The notes below the pieces were generated by a model. It saw only the letters and a program-made list of their open reading frames with translations. It ran no database searches and was not told the DNA's origin. From Octopus vulgaris (lineage: Eukaryota): a stretch of DNA of 64,000 nt. Location of the stretch: assembly GCA_951406725.2 (NCBI GenBank), contig OX597832.1, positions 11,780,001-11,844,000 on the forward strand, given 5' to 3'. Every line of letters begins with the position of its first letter. The first letter of the stretch is position 1. Of this stretch, positions 23,450 through 40,177 are shown one piece after another. The position numbers and the translations under genes were made by a program.

Positions 23450-26189
23450 AGCTGATAATACCGATTAACTTATAGTTATTCATCACAAATTATTAACATT
23501 AGTTATTATTCGGTTAAAAAAACAAAGGCAGTAATCATGTTTGGTCGCTGCTATTGTCCAGACGCAATCAGGGTGTTCGTTTACCCATGAAGTTTTGTCT
23601 GCTGTGTGTTTATGTAGTCTTCTCTGAATCTATTTTCCTCCAGAACAAATATGGTCTTCCGTTTACCAGTATAGAAACACTACAATCTCAATACGCAATC
23701 ATTATAATCAACAAATAATCATTATATCCTTACAAAGTGAAATGTAAGATAATCAATAAAGCAATTTGCTATTGACCTTCTATTTGTTTGAAATGAATAT
23801 CCAGTTGTGTACTGGTCGTGTATGTCCAGTCGTGTATAATTCATATACAGTTTTTCCACCAACGCTGGCACTATTTCATTCGTATCAGTTACTGGCCAAA
23901 TTCACTCAACTTGTCGGCAATCATTGGAACAAGCTTCATAACATTGCTACTGGCGATGTAGGAATGTACAGCATGTTAAATATGTAATATACTGCAGTTT
24001 TTCGGTCCTGTGTCGGCTTCTATGGTGAGCATTCCATCGTTAACTGTATGTAAGGTAGCATAATATAATTTTAACGTTCGAATGGTATCACATCTATATT
24101 AGTCACTAGTCAAAATTTCCGGTCAATACAAGACCACCATTAATCAACTAGATGGCATAGTTTTCTAGATTTTCTTAAAGATAATGTGAAACAGAACAGG
24201 ACAGACGAACATCATCTACACTAAAAACACAAATTCCAAGACAATTATCTGCCCAAGTTAAAGTGTATGTTTGATCATATCCACTATTAAAATCTAATCA
24301 ATCACCAAATTCTTCAAAGCTGCTAAATCATGGCTAGAATATTTTGTTGCTGATTAATCTGGAACAATATAATGTATTTCACTAACATTTTCGAGAAACG
24401 ATTCTGAGAAAGGAAGTTCATAACATTTTCGGAAGCAGTTGGCTATTGCCAGGGTCATTAATAATGTTATATAGCCCTAAGTCAATCTAGATCAGGTAAG
24501 CTTATCACAAATCAGAGCCATGCTATGTCCATTTTAACACTTCTCGTTTCCTCTGGGACTAAACTAACCATTTTGTCGCACTTCCCTAGGTTTAAAGAAA
24601 ATTAGATTAATACTTCTAGTTAATGGAGCGATAGTATACAAGTTTACTCAATGACAAGTGATTGTTTATATTTCTGTCAAAAATATCTGCTTCAAATTTA
24701 TGTAAATGCAGATTTAATGGTCTGAGATAATTATCTCAAACGTAGGTGGCAAAATTCAGCGATATTTCAGGTTTGATTCCAAGAGCCCGTTTATGCACAA
24801 GAAGAAAAATTTATATTCCAAGGGATTGCTGAGGAATAGTTTTGGCTTTTTATTAGACAATGTCGGTCAGAAAAAAATAAATAGTGAAAAATAAGTACAT
24901 TTCGTTATACAATCAACTTATGTTCTATTATATTCAATGTGATAAAAAGTTTATAGGGTTTCAAATTGAGAAAACCAGTTAAGATCTATCTACCATTTCT
25001 TTATCGAGAATTTTACACTCATACAAACGCACACCTACGAACACTGTCATTCTCACATACCCATGTACACATATATATATAAGGATATAATGATACATGC
25101 ACACATTCAGACGCATGCATACATACACACACTCACAAACATACACACGTACACACACCAGCACATGCATATTCGCGAACACACATATCATTATACATAC
25201 TGATGTACCCGCATCCATATAGTTATGGGCCTACGTGTTTTTTATGTATATTTAAACACCTCAGTGAGAAAAAGACAGAAAAGTGAGAGTGCTCGATACA
25301 GAATATAGAGTTAGTTATGCGTACACGCACACAAACACACACACACACACTTATGTATATTTACATATAAATATGGAAGCACACATGAGTTCTTACTGAA
25401 TTTAGAATACACTTGATAACAGTGCATGCGTACACATTGTAAATCAAACTCTTAATTTAAGAATCTAGTCCTTTTAGCTATTACACCGAAATGATTTTCA
25501 CCATTTTCCACACGATGTATGAACTAAAAATTTGTTAGCGTTCGAGGAAGGGGAAACCGCAGCAATAACAAAAGATATACGCGGTGTTTTTCATTGTGTA
25601 ATATATATGTAGTGCCTCCGGCTTACGTGATTAACAGAGAAAATAGCGCATCGATGTTTTAAATGGCACAGAACAGTGGTAGTTTGTGTTTAGAATGAAC
25701 TGGTTTTCGATAATCGATGACGGCTTTGGGTTAAACTTAGCAACAGTGTTATTACTACTCGTAGTATTATTATATTTACTATGATATTTTCTTGTTTTAT
25801 GCATGTAATTATTGTTGCTGCTGCTGCTGCTGTGTTCTGTATTCTTTGTTTTGTTTATGCCTTATTTCCATTTTTATTCTTTTTCATTTTCTAAGATGTT
25901 GTTCTCCTTCATATTGCTGTTGGTGTTGTTACTGTTGTTATTGTTGTTTCATGTGCTGCTTAGATCTCTTACCTTCACTGACTGACAGACAAACCTCTCA
26001 GAGTCTTCTCAAAAGATTAAGGAAAATCAGTCTTGTTCTCCTTCTAACATGATCGATATTACATTCACCTCCTCCCCATTGCTCCGCCTTCAATTCTCTA
26101 CCTAAATACACACTACACAAAACACATACTCAAAGATTGTCTCCATCACTCTCACTTTCTCACCCTCTCGCTCTCTCTCTTTCTCTTTC

Positions 26190-26339
26190 TGTCTACACAT
26201 ACATACATACATACGTACGTACGTACTACATATATACTTACATACATACAAACATAAAAGTCTACATATTTACGTATAAACACATATACATACATATATA
26301 CAAACATACGTACGAATACACATACGTACGTACGTATAT

Positions 26340-26390
<51 letters not shown>

Positions 26391-26574
26391 TACGTACGTA
26401 CGTTTATATATATATATATGTGTGTATGTGTGTGTGTGTATATATATATATATATACATACACACATTCATACATATATACATACATATATGCAAACATA
26501 CGTACGAATACACATACGTACGTACGTATATACATATATATATATATATATATACATATGCATACGTACGTACG

Positions 26575-26617
<43 letters not shown>

Positions 26618-26640
26618 TTCATACATATATACATACATGC
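26190..26640. repeat. Compound repeat with a duplicated (ACGT)n-containing unit
   Basis: CAAACATACGTACGAATACACATACGTACGTACGTATATACA occurs near 26301 and again near 26493, among TA/CA runs. Confidence 0.8.
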
Positions 26641-26940
26641 GTATGTGTGTGATTTTGCATATACCACTCAGACTCTCTCTTTCTCTCTCTATCTCTTCCC
26701 CTCCCTCTCTCTCTCTCAACCGCTCTCTGTGAATGAACCTGTCTTGAAACAACACAGAAGAAATCGTTGGCGGCGAATGGTAATTTAAGTTCAAACCAAT
26801 TTTGATGATGCTATAGAAATGTAACGCATCTCAGTACTGAAAACAACCTATCTTCTCCTTCCTTCATCGCTGCTATTTTCTTTAGAATCTTTGTTACCCT
26901 TAATCAATTTAACCATTATGCATGCTTTCTTTTCCTTTCT

Positions 26941-26979
<39 letters not shown>

Positions 26980-27019
26980 CAAACACACATCAATACACAC
27001 ATGTCTCTCTCTCACTCTT

Positions 27020-27670
<651 letters not shown>

Positions 27671-28325
27671 GAATACTTATAAGTAGTACCTATATGAATA
27701 CATGTAAATGTAAAAGTATATATATATATGTCTGTGTGTCTATGTTTGCGCATGCATATATGTGTGTGAGTGTTCTTATATACACACCTGTGTGTATATG
27801 CATGCAATCCCTTTATCTTTCCACTAATATGATTCCCATTCGGTGTATCATGTTATGTTTCCCATCCTTAATCAATTTAACTACCTTCTATCAGATATTC
27901 TGCAAACACAGACATGCATGCACGCTTATAGGCATGTATTTCCGCACATGCGTACATACATATGCTCATGCACACACCCATATATATGTGTATATGTGTA
28001 TATATATAAGGTGTATATATATATATGGAAAAGATGTGGTAAATAATTTATTACTGCGTATGCAAGTCAAACACATAATATCGACTTGACTTTGCAGATA
28101 ATGTTCAACATTTTACTATCTGTTTTAGAGCCAACACAGAGATCACCAGTGACGTCGTATTTCACGCGATACGCAGATATCTTTTATTTTGTTTCAACGA
28201 CTATGATTAATTTCGATGAAAATCTTTATGTCAAAATTCCTAGATACTAACTTTAAATCATTGTTCGAAAGTAGCTACAAGTAAAACTTAGAAATACATA
28301 CTTACGTACATGCATACACACGTAC

Positions 28326-28429
<104 letters not shown>

Positions 28430-28554
28430 TGCTGTAAATAATAATAATGGTATTTTTATATAAGCTTAAAGCTTATGGAGATCACAGTGCGATGACTGAG
28501 GGAAATAGTCTGATAAAAGAGCATTTAAGCCCTCGACCAAAAAAGGAGGATTTT

Positions 28555-28598
28555 CTATACTCGTGGAAGTCAACTCCCACGCGGATAGTGCACCCTCA
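28555..28598 (-). mobile_element. Possible mariner-type terminal inverted repeat remnant
   Basis: The minus strand reads TA-TGAGGGTGCACT.. from a (TA)n tract, resembling mariner TA-CGAGGG termini. No partner end was found. Confidence 0.25.
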
Positions 28599-29017
28599 TA
28601 TATATATATATATATATGTATAAAAGAGTGAGTGAGGTAGATACATGTATACTTCCATGCATATATACACACACAGAAACATATATATATATGTACATAT
28701 GTATGTATATATCTATGTATCAAAACAGTTTAATTAAAATTCATTCGTACTCTTGACTTCCAAGCGTAATGCTAGTCGTTATTCATTTGGTAATTCAAAA
28801 TGGCTGAATTCTAGTATCACATTTGAAATTTAAGAGTACAAACGAATTTGAATCAAACTGTTTTGATTCATGCATGTAACTCCAAATAAATTTGTTGAGT
28901 GCCCTTGTCTCGTTTGGCCGCTCCCTTGTGCGTGTTCATATATATATATACAAACACAAATATATATAATATATATATATATATATATTCATATATCTCC
29001 CTTGTTCTATTTATGCA

Positions 29018-29059
<42 letters not shown>

Positions 29060-29788
29060 CATGTATGTAGGTATACCAACAACATCAGTCTGATAGAGGG
29101 AGTGAGCTACTATGTAGTACATAGATTTGTGCAGGTATTCAGCAAAAGCTGAACGTTCGTATGTCATCCTCCACGGGAGATTCTGTCATAATATAAATAC
29201 AAACTTGTAGAAGACTTACTATAATAAATAAAGAAAACAATTCGTAATGCTATAATATGAAGATAATTCTCACTCAGTTAATTTTGTATTCGTAATGAAG
29301 AGGTAAGTAAACACAGTGTTGATGAAAGATTAAAGCTTAAGTATCAATGGGAATATTTTAGCAGTCTACATTTAGATTCGTGTTTTTCACGCTATAAGTA
29401 TATTTAGAAAATTGTTCACTGATGCTTATTTACGTAGGTAAACATATCTGTAGGTGTATTTGTAACTGTAACGCAGCCTATTCTTTCTTATGCTAAGGCA
29501 CCTTAGATTATTCAGTGCAGTGATTACTCGCCTAAATCATGATATTGTTTATTTCTGATTTCCAAAATCTGTCGAAAACATCACTTATTTTATGCTGTCG
29601 TTCATATATATATAAAGATAAAAATGTGAGTTTGTGTGTGTGTGTGTGTGTGTGAAAATTCATATATAGCCATATATGGTTCATATCTCGATGTCTATTC
29701 CTATGTAATGTATGAAGGTGTGTATGTATGGATGTGTGCCTGTATGTTTATACTTATTTACGTATGTATGTATCTTTTTCAATATCTA

Positions 29789-29889
<101 letters not shown>

Positions 29890-30027
29890 GTATATAAGCA
29901 CAAAGCTTTCGTATGTATGTATGTATGTATGTAGGTAGGTAGGTAGGTAGGTAGGTATGTATGTAGGTATGTATGTATATATGTATGTATATATGTAAGT
30001 ATGTATATATATATATATGTAAGTATG

Positions 30028-30058
<31 letters not shown>

Positions 30059-30105
30059 GTGTTTATATATATGTGTATATATATGTGTATGTATATATAA
30101 GTATA

Positions 30106-30149
<44 letters not shown>

Positions 30150-30217
30150 TATATAGGCACAGAACTTTCATATATATATATATATATGTGTAGGTGGGGT
30201 ATAAAAACCTAAGGCTT

Positions 30218-30256
<39 letters not shown>

Positions 30257-30649
30257 CAATATGCTTTTATAGTAAAACGTTTTTACGAAATGTATATGGA
30301 GGATTTAAATAGGATGGTGCAGATCCTTTCTATCAAACATGTACTGTTAAGAACACTACCCAGTATTGCAGCTTTTTTATTCTTTTATTTCCTATATTTA
30401 CTTTGGAAAATAAGGTTTCTTTGTCTATACTCCTTTGAAGGGAAGAAATTTCTCTATCATCGCTTCATTCATACTACGGTCCCAGGAAAGGCATGGAACG
30501 CTAATGGACTTAAAAACGTTTCTGCAGAGAACTCAACTGAAAGGAATAATGAATATATATATGAAGTCACGAGAAAAAAACATTTACTTAGGTACAGATT
30601 CATGTCATCAGTTTAGTGTATGTATGTGTGTGCGTATATGTATGTGTGT

Positions 30650-30722
30650 GGAGGCAGTTTGCTTAGTGGTTAGTGTTGCACAAATGATCGTAAAATTGTA
30701 GTTTCGATTTCACGGCCGGGCG
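30650..30722 (+). mobile_element. Degenerate tRNA-derived SINE head
   Basis: GGAGGCAG..GCTTAGTGGTTAG..GATCGTAAAATTGTAGTTTCGATTTC..CCGGGCG resembles the family A/B heads. Confidence 0.55.
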
Positions 30723-31084
30723 TTTCTTTGATACATTATTATAATTTCACGTTGTTACCTTGTTATCATTTCATTCAGCTGACAAAAATCAGTGATCCTG
30801 AGATGGATTGTCGTCCTGTTCAGGAAGAGGAGATATATTCGCCTTAGAATCCGGAAAACCAGGTTTCTGAAGCTATCGCTCGGGGAGGCTCGGTTCTTCT
30901 CATGTGTATGTGTGTGTCTCTGTGTTTGTGTCTGTATGTATGTGTGCGTGTGTGTATATATACATATATACAGAGATAGACAGACAGACACATAGACAAA
31001 TAGAGAGATAGATCAATCGATACAGAGATGCAGAAAAGCATAAGTATTTAATATATATTTGTATATATCTATATTTACCTCTTC

Positions 31085-31353
31085 ATCTATCTACCTATCT
31101 ATCTACCTATCTATCTACCTATCTATCTACCTATCTATCTACCTATCTATCTACCTATCTATCTACCTATCTATCTACCTATCTATCTACCTACCTATCT
31201 ACCTACCTATCTACCTACCTATCTACCTACCTATCTACCTACCTATCTACCTACCTATCTACCTACCTATCTACCTACCTATCTACCTATCTATCTGCCT
31301 ATCTATCTGCCTATATATCTGCCTATCTATCTATCTATCTATCTATCTGTCTG

Positions 31354-31397
<44 letters not shown>
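31085..31397. repeat. (ATCT/ACCT)n tetranucleotide array with 12-bp higher-order units
   Basis: ATCTATCTACCT units grade into ATCTACCTACCT units. Confidence 0.95.
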
Positions 31398-31398
<1 letters not shown>

Positions 31399-31924
31399 AT
31401 ATATACGCATATGTATGTATGTTTGTGTGTATGTATGTACACGTGTGCATATCTGTGCATGAATGTATATGAGCGTCTGTGTATGCATGGATGTACCTCT
31501 GCGTGTATTGTGTACATGAGTAAATGAGCAGGTGCAAATGTGTGTTCTTGCGTGGGCTGTTACTAAATAACCTTATCAATGACAGCCACACCGCGGAGTT
31601 TGATGAGTGTATAGACCAAGCTATCGATATCTTTGCGTATCAATGGTTCCAATAATTAGAAGGACAGCTGGCATTTTCTCTTGCTATCTCATCGAATCTC
31701 TTCTTCAAGACGGCTGAGTCTTGAAACTACTTTTATTCGTCACCTAACAAAGTTTAATCGTTCACGTTAAAATCAATAAACATCTATTGAACTCTTGGTG
31801 TACTGAAATATTTGCTTTTGTTTTCTCATTATTTAGACATTATGTTCTCTCTCTCTCGCTCTCTACATATATATATTTATTTATACATATATTTATATAT
31901 ATATAAGTGTATATATATATATAT

Positions 31925-31982
<58 letters not shown>

Positions 31983-34191
31983 GTGTGTGTGTATGTGTGT
32001 AATTATGTATGTATATATACATATATACATGCGCATATATATATGTGTGTACGCTAGTGTGTGTCGTTACTTTCAATTTTAAATTGACATTATTATATAT
32101 CGTGTATATCTTTCCTGAACAATTGCAAATTACAAGTTATCAATTTAAAGCAGCTGAAAGTCTGAAACACGCGCCCGCGCGCGCACACAGCACGCATACA
32201 CACAAGACACACACAGCCATCATGTTATGAAACAACTCTTTCTCGGCAGTTTACCATGCATTTACAATAGGAAACCTTTACAGCAAGAAGCCTTGTATTG
32301 AATGATAATGCAATGCTCAAAATAAAATGGAAACTTGTTACAGCATTAGAGATTTTAAACAGAATAAAAATATGTTTAAATATTATAGTTCTACTTATAG
32401 CAATAGAGAACCTAAATTTAAACGCGCGTAAAAGATGTTGCAACCATAAAAAATTCATGATATAAAAAATCTACCGGGATTTAGTGTCATATGACTTTAA
32501 ATCCGACGTTGATGAATTTTATTTGCTATAGAGTTATTCTCATAAACCTTTGCCGCTCAGCGCTGATCGCGCTTATTATACGCTATTACTATGGTTAAAA
32601 TTGAAAATAGATTGAGACGGTGTTGCAAAGTTAGCTTTCTTGGATTCAAGGAAGACTGATAATCCCCCCCACCCAAAAAAAAAGGACTAATAAAAGAAAT
32701 ATAAAGAAGTCTTCGAAAAATCAAAACAGTTTTAATTAAAAGACATCTTTTGAAGATCAACTTGAAAAACGTTTTTCCTTTAATACCGAACGTTTCAAAA
32801 TGTATACATACAAATATATATATATAATATATATATAATAAATATATATATATATATATACAGAGAGAGAGAGGTAGGTAGATAGATAGATATACATACA
32901 CGTGTATGTATGCGTATATATAAATATAGATACATCAAAATAGAATTATATGTATATGCGTGTGGGTGTGTTTGTGTATATTTCTGTTTCTTCTGATACC
33001 ATTTATGATTTAGAGTAGAGTCGTGTACTACCATTGACACTGTTCTTTATATGCTATATATAGCTATATCTCCGTGTGTGTATATATGTGTGCGTGCGTG
33101 TGTGCATATATGTGTATGGGTTCCTTTTTAGGTGTGTTTATATGAGTTTATATATGTATAACTGCGTGTTGCCAGTGGTGTTTTCAGCGAGAAGCCTCCG
33201 GTATGTGATTTTTTTTTTTAAAGCAATCAACATACTTTTGGAAAACATAATTGCAAAATATTTTAGTATTACGATTATAGTAACAAGAGCACGCAGAGTT
33301 AGAGGCATTACACATTTCCAGCTGGAGACAAAATCTAGCTTAATAGATATACAAGCATGAAAATTGATTTGCATATGTCTGTGTGCGCGTGTATGTACAT
33401 GTGTGCTTATGTGTGTCCGTGTTTGAGTTTCTATAAGTGAGTATCTGTGTCTGAAGAATATGAAAACGTGCGATAAAAACAGTATACATGCATTCGCACA
33501 AATACTTAAGAAACGAAGTAACATATACGAAGTATCACAGAAATATTTGTATGCATATATCAAAGTGCGTTTGCTTTACCACCACAGATATAAGAATATA
33601 ACTATACCATATTAAAGTTCCTCTACGTTCCTAATATACATTAAGAAACACATACTATCACGTGTGCATGTATAGTGAATTGGATGTGTGTGATAGTAAA
33701 ACAGATATCGTTTTTATGGGTCATGACAACTCAAAAATAATTTGGAGTAAAATTCCAAAGCATAAGAATTTTTGTTAATGCATACATGCTGTCATACATT
33801 CGCACACATTCACTAACATGCAAATACAGAATGCGCTGAGATTATGATGAATATAGGTAGGCTTGCGTGCACGTATGTATGCAAGTATGTAAGTATACAT
33901 GTATGTATATATATATGTACGTGTGTATGTATGCATGTATGTATGCATGTATGTATGTATGTATGTAGGTAGGTAAGTATGTAGGTAGGGAGGTAGGTAG
34001 GTATGTGCTTGTAAGTATGTATATAAATATAGAAATAATATAGATATAAATTGAGTTTAACTTTTCATGTATGAATGTATATTGATGTAACTCTATATAT
34101 GTACGTTTATACACACACATCCATACTCACGCACTCACACACATATATATGAATGTATACGTATGTATGTGCACACAGACATGTGCCCGTT

Positions 34192-34226
<35 letters not shown>

Positions 34227-36292
34227 CTGTGTCTACACAACACTTGGTGGTCTAAACTTTACGCTACTGTATAAACACAGCATCGTTTGCTAAGTAATCC
34301 GAACCGTCTAATATCTACAAGCAAACCTGTCGTGATGACATAAGCTATCAATAAAATATTAACATTTCACAGGTTACCGTCAAAAAAATACGTTAATTAC
34401 ATACAAGACAGGCTCCATTTTCCACTGGGATGTTTCAACTCGCTGCTGCCAATAATATGAACAAGAAAAAACGAAGTTACAAAAATAAATGATAAATAAA
34501 TAGATAAATATCTAAACAGGGAGAGGGAACAATTCTCTATTGGTGTATTCACAAATATATGTAGAAGTATAAAAAAAAATTAAGTACCTCTTATGAGGAA
34601 TTATTTTCAGGTTATGTAATCGCAACGAGATATGCATGCGCGTTAAATGTTTTGTAAAGGAATTTCATATACATATTTATTTAGAACAAAGCTGAATTAG
34701 GATATTTTTATTATTTGTTATAATTAATCGCAGCCCTTGAAATCGTAACGTTATGTACATGATTTAATCTTGTAAAAGGTTGGTTGTTCAGTTTTGTTTT
34801 TTCGTCAAAAAGATAGGATTTTCGTCCCTTGATTGTTTGTAAACTGATGTATTCGTCCCTGATGAGCCTCAACGAAGATAAAACACATCCGTCGAACACA
34901 AGATTTTATGCTTCATTTAAAGATTTATATCTTCACATGGAAACTATACCTGTTTACTAAATACATTGCTCATGATTTTCATTTACATATATCAAGACAC
35001 TACTGAGGTTGTATTTGGTATAGGCGGACCAAATTTATACAGAACTTCAGTTCAGAACAGCTGGTTTCCTTTCATCTGCATAGAAAATTAGACAAGAGTC
35101 TAATCCTTGCGTGTAAATAAGTGTGCGCGCCTGTGTATATAGGGCTATGCACGTCTTTGTCTTGGTGGTTATTTAATATCGTTTGTTGAAACGCATGCAA
35201 AGGGATTGTTAGGATAGAAATTGGCTAATCCACAAAGTACACAGTTTATTTTTCAAAATGGGTATAAAACATCATCAACCCCATTGAAACCCCAATTAGA
35301 CACCTGCTGAATAACTGACCTTAAACATCTACTTACATTAATTCCGGAGCCTGAAACGCAACAATAGCTGAATTTCTATACTAACAATCCCATGATCTGA
35401 ATTCCACTCACCTGAACTAGAAAAACTTGATTTAGAATGTTTAGACGCTTACACTGAACTCTGAACAATAACACAACTCTAAATTCCAACAATAAAATCG
35501 TCTATAATGTATTTCCATCAGAACTGACCAAACAATCATACTAGGCTACTATGACAACTTATCACTCAGCACATACATCTAACATCCAGATGGATATACA
35601 TTAAACCGAACTATCATTACACGTAGTTGAAACTACCCCAGAAAAACACCTTTACAGAGAATGTATAAAGCTAAAATATCCCACAATTGTACCACAGGCC
35701 GATGAAGACTAGCAGACTGATATTTCGAATTCACTGTTCCCTAACTTCATATAAATGTATGATAAATCTTTTCTACGCAAAATGTATTGAGTACATCTTC
35801 AGAGGAATGTCAAATTGTTTTTATGATAACTCGATAAATAAACAAACATATATGAGAATTCAGCGAAATAGTGAAGGGTTAGAAAGAGAGTAAAAAAAAA
35901 AAGGGGGCTATAAAATAGGATCTCAACAGGGCTGCACATTTAACGATATACACTGAAAATGAGTGTGGAGATGGATAGGACTAGTTAAACGGTAGTAGGA
36001 TAAATATTAAAGATGACGATAACATACCCATACGCAGAATATTCATGCCGTCACACACTTGAGATAGAAGAAATAAACTAAACAGTGCATGCGTCGGTGT
36101 GCGTGACATGAATAAACAGCTTTCAGTACATTAAATACTGCAGAATAAAAAAAGACACATTTCCCAGCGATATAGATATGTATATAGATCATATCATTTA
36201 TCTCTATCTATCTCTTTACCCAACTCTCTGTATATAAGTGTCTCTCTCCATTTTCCCTCTGTCTCTTTCTCTCTCTCTCTCTCTCTCTCTCA

Positions 36293-36618
<326 letters not shown>

Positions 36619-36849
36619 GTATGAGTGTGTAATTATGCGTTATAGAATATCTGAAATTGCGTTCAATTATACATGTGCGTGTGTGGTGTGTCTATCCTCT
36701 TTATGGTGGTATATAAATTGTGTATAAAATATTTTATGTACTTGATTAAGTATATATTCTTCTTGCAATAGAAAAACACGAATTAAATTTACAAACATAC
36801 ATACACGCACATGCACTTATCCTTTGTATAAACTTCTATCTATCTATCG

Positions 36850-36913
<64 letters not shown>

Positions 36914-36917
36914 CTTA

Positions 36918-36974
<57 letters not shown>

Positions 36975-37254
36975 AGCATATACATACATATCTGCATACA
37001 CAAAAACACATACATATGTGTGTGTTGACGCCTGTTATATATATATATTTATTGATAACCTATATAACACCAAACTTTTAGCTTATATGCTTACGGATAT
37101 TTTATATTCAAAAACAAAAATTAATATTTTTTCCTGCATAACACGACTCTTGACTTTTCATCTTCACCATTGATTTGTCATGCAATATATACAATGTGAG
37201 TGTGTATATATGTATATATATATGTACATATATATATGTATATGTATATATATA

Positions 37255-37291
<37 letters not shown>

Positions 37292-37393
37292 TCACACACA
37301 TTATATATATGTGTGTGTGTCTGTGTGTATTATACATACAAACATATATATACTCACACACAGGCATAAATACATGTATGTATACAGACACAC

Positions 37394-37447
<54 letters not shown>

Positions 37448-37566
37448 TAGGCCTTATTTATTTGAATGCGAATAGTTAAGAATCTATTACCATAACATTG
37501 AGTATTTGTTAATACATACATATATGTATAAATGTGTGTGAATGTATATACATGCACATACAAACA

Positions 37567-37624
<58 letters not shown>

Positions 37625-38080
37625 TTGACATCTCTCTACATATGCATATACGTGAATATATATCTAATCTTATATAGTTATATCATTTGATATATCTCTG
37701 TGAATATTAACCATGTACGTAACTATTAACATGTCTCTTTTAATCAGTATATCACTCCATCTTATTCCTGCTTCTTTTCGATATTTCACATATTTTTATT
37801 TATTTATTACACTTAATTTTCTCACTTCTTGTAGATTAATATATAATATCTGTGCAAAAGAGAAAGTACTTAAAAGCTTTTTCCCCAGCTTTATACATTC
37901 TTTGCCTTTTCAGAATGGTAGGCAAATCGATATAATCAAGTACCATTCTTTACTGCAATAGGTGTACTCGACAAATATCCTCCTCTCAAAATTGGTAGCC
38001 TAGTACTAAAATGTTGTCCAATTATTATTATTGGTAATATTAATATTATTATTATTAATAATAATAATAATAATAATAAT

Positions 38081-38623
38081 GGATGCCCTGATGTAGTACC
38101 AGGCAGTGGTTCTCGTGGCTTCTGATCTTAACTGATTGGAAGAGTTATCATGTATATTGTTTTGTCTTGGTATAAAAGATGGGCTACAGCAAATATTCTG
38201 CTCAATATCACATATTTGCTCGTCAGTTGTTTGATCTCAACCAGTTGACCATCTTCCTTAGTGGCTGACGATGTGTGCATCTCTGATCACGTGCAGAAGT
38301 AGTGTGGGAGCATCATAGCCATGTGTTGAGTGGGATTCTTTGAGGTTTGAATAATTCACCTCTGGAAACATGGGGTTTTCGTTCAACATCCTTAAACAAC
38401 CCTTATTCAGGGACCTTTTGAGCAGGATGGGTTCCTCGACCAGAAGAAAATTCTAACTGGGTCCCACCTGCAAGGTCATGTGCTGTTTATCTTGATATGA
38501 GATCACCATGTCGTGCATATATGGTTGTGATGCAAGTGACTAGTGTACCCTTATCAGACGGGTAGTCATGATGGGTATACTGGGCTTCGTGTATTTTACC
38601 CCAGTGTCACTTTGATGACACTC
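38081..38623 (+). mobile_element. Element E, second copy, inserted in (AAT)n
   Basis: Colinear with 12779-13302 (opposite strand), with (AAT)n on both sides. It extends ~35 bp further at its left end. Confidence 0.9.
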
Positions 38624-38736
38624 AATAATAATAATAATAATAAGTAGCTGGACCCCTGAAAAATTCACGGAAAGCATAAAAATTTTAAGCATCAGTAAAC
38701 AGTGAACTGGTGTCATGAGAAATGTTTGTATATTAT

Positions 38737-38890
38737 GGCCGTCTGTCTTTACGTTCTGAGTTCGAATTCTGCCGAGGTCGACTTTGCCTTTCGTCCTTTT
38801 GGGTTGATAAACTAAGTACCAGTTGTGTACTGCGGTCGCTCTAATCAACTGGTCCTCTCCCCACAAAAATTTCAGTCCTAGAAAAGTATA
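38737..38890 (+). mobile_element. 5'-truncated C' SINE
   Basis: CCGTCTGTCTTTACGTTCTGAGTTCGAATTCTGCCGAGGTCGACTTTGCCTTTCGTCC...AAGTACCAGTTG. Confidence 0.8.
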
Positions 38891-39049
38891 TTGTGACAGT
38901 TGCAGCATATTGAAAGTAATGTAATACCAATGACTATATAATCCAACGAAAATATCTTTGTTACACAAACATAATTACTATTTAACCTTAAAATACATCG
39001 TACATATTGAAAGAACCTTTTTGGTTTAGTGGTACGGAACGATTTTCTG

Positions 39050-39110
39050 GTATTCTTTTATTCTTTTACATGTTTCAGTCATTTGACGGTGTCCATGCTG
39101 GAGCACCAAC
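39050..39110 (-). mobile_element. SINE D 3' tail fragment
   Basis: CTTTTACATGTTTCAGTCATTTGACGGTGTCCATGCTGGAGCACC matches 17536-17580. Confidence 0.75.
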
Positions 39111-39121
39111 TTTATACTCTC

Positions 39122-39278
39122 GGAGCGTTTGGCGTTAGGAAGGACATTCAGCTGTACAAAACCTTGCCAGATCAGATTAGAGACTGATGCAGCCTTCTGG
39201 CTTGCCAGTCACCATTCAAAATGTCCAACCCATGCCAGCATGGAAAGCGGACGTTTAACGATGATAATGATGATGATA
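39122..39278 (+). mobile_element. 3' part of a retroposon ending in (GAT)n (RTE-partner-like tail)
   Basis: GGCGTTAGGAAGGACATTCAGCTGTA...CCAACCCATGCCAGCATGGAAAGCGGACGTTTAACGATGATAATGATGATGAT. It is single-copy in this window and recognised from memory. Confidence 0.6.
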
Positions 39279-39799
39279 TCTTAGAACTGTAAGTGTTAAA
39301 ATTAAAATCGAGCATATGCTAGAATGGCCAGACACCGGTGTGAAAGAGTTATTCCTGAAAATGTTAAGGAAAGGCAGATAGTGATTGATTTTATGTAGAA
39401 ATTCACTTGTAAATACTAAAGTAAGAATAATTAGAAAACATACAAATTAATTTTAATTTATTTTAGAGCCAAGTTTAGGAAATATCTCATATATTATCGC
39501 GAAAGCCTAATTAATAATTAGCGATTAAGGGAGTTGCTTTTATTGATAATACCTAAATAGATATTAATTAATTCACTGTGTCATTAAACAAGAATTTAAC
39601 AATATACAAGTTATATGTTATCGACAGAATAGAATACATTGAGTTTTTCTATTTTCAAATTTGTGGTTAATTATTTTCGCAATGGATTAGCCTGGATTAC
39701 ACGTGAGCGTTTGGTGTGTAGATAAATGTATGGCTGTGTGGATATATGCAAACACATACATGCTTACATATACATATACATGTGTTTGTGTGTGTAAGA

Positions 39800-39850
<51 letters not shown>

Positions 39851-39951
39851 AGGATAAGATGAATAGCCAACTTCGGCCATTTTAAAGTATGCTTGGCCAC
39901 TGGTTTAAATTGATATTAATTTATAATATTGATTTTTACCATCATTATTTA

Positions 39952-40004
<53 letters not shown>

Positions 40005-40115
40005 TTTATTATATTATTATGTATGCATACTGCTTTCGTATGTTTGCCATCATTAATTCAGATGATATTTAAGTATTCTCTTCACTCTGTCTTTTTGTCA
40101 GGCGGCTAAATCATA

Positions 40116-40177
<62 letters not shown>

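Noticed and set aside
34858-34890. CTGATGAG-CCTCAA-CGAAG as a hammerhead
   Set aside because: It has GAAG rather than GAAA, and I find no helix III or stem I pairing.
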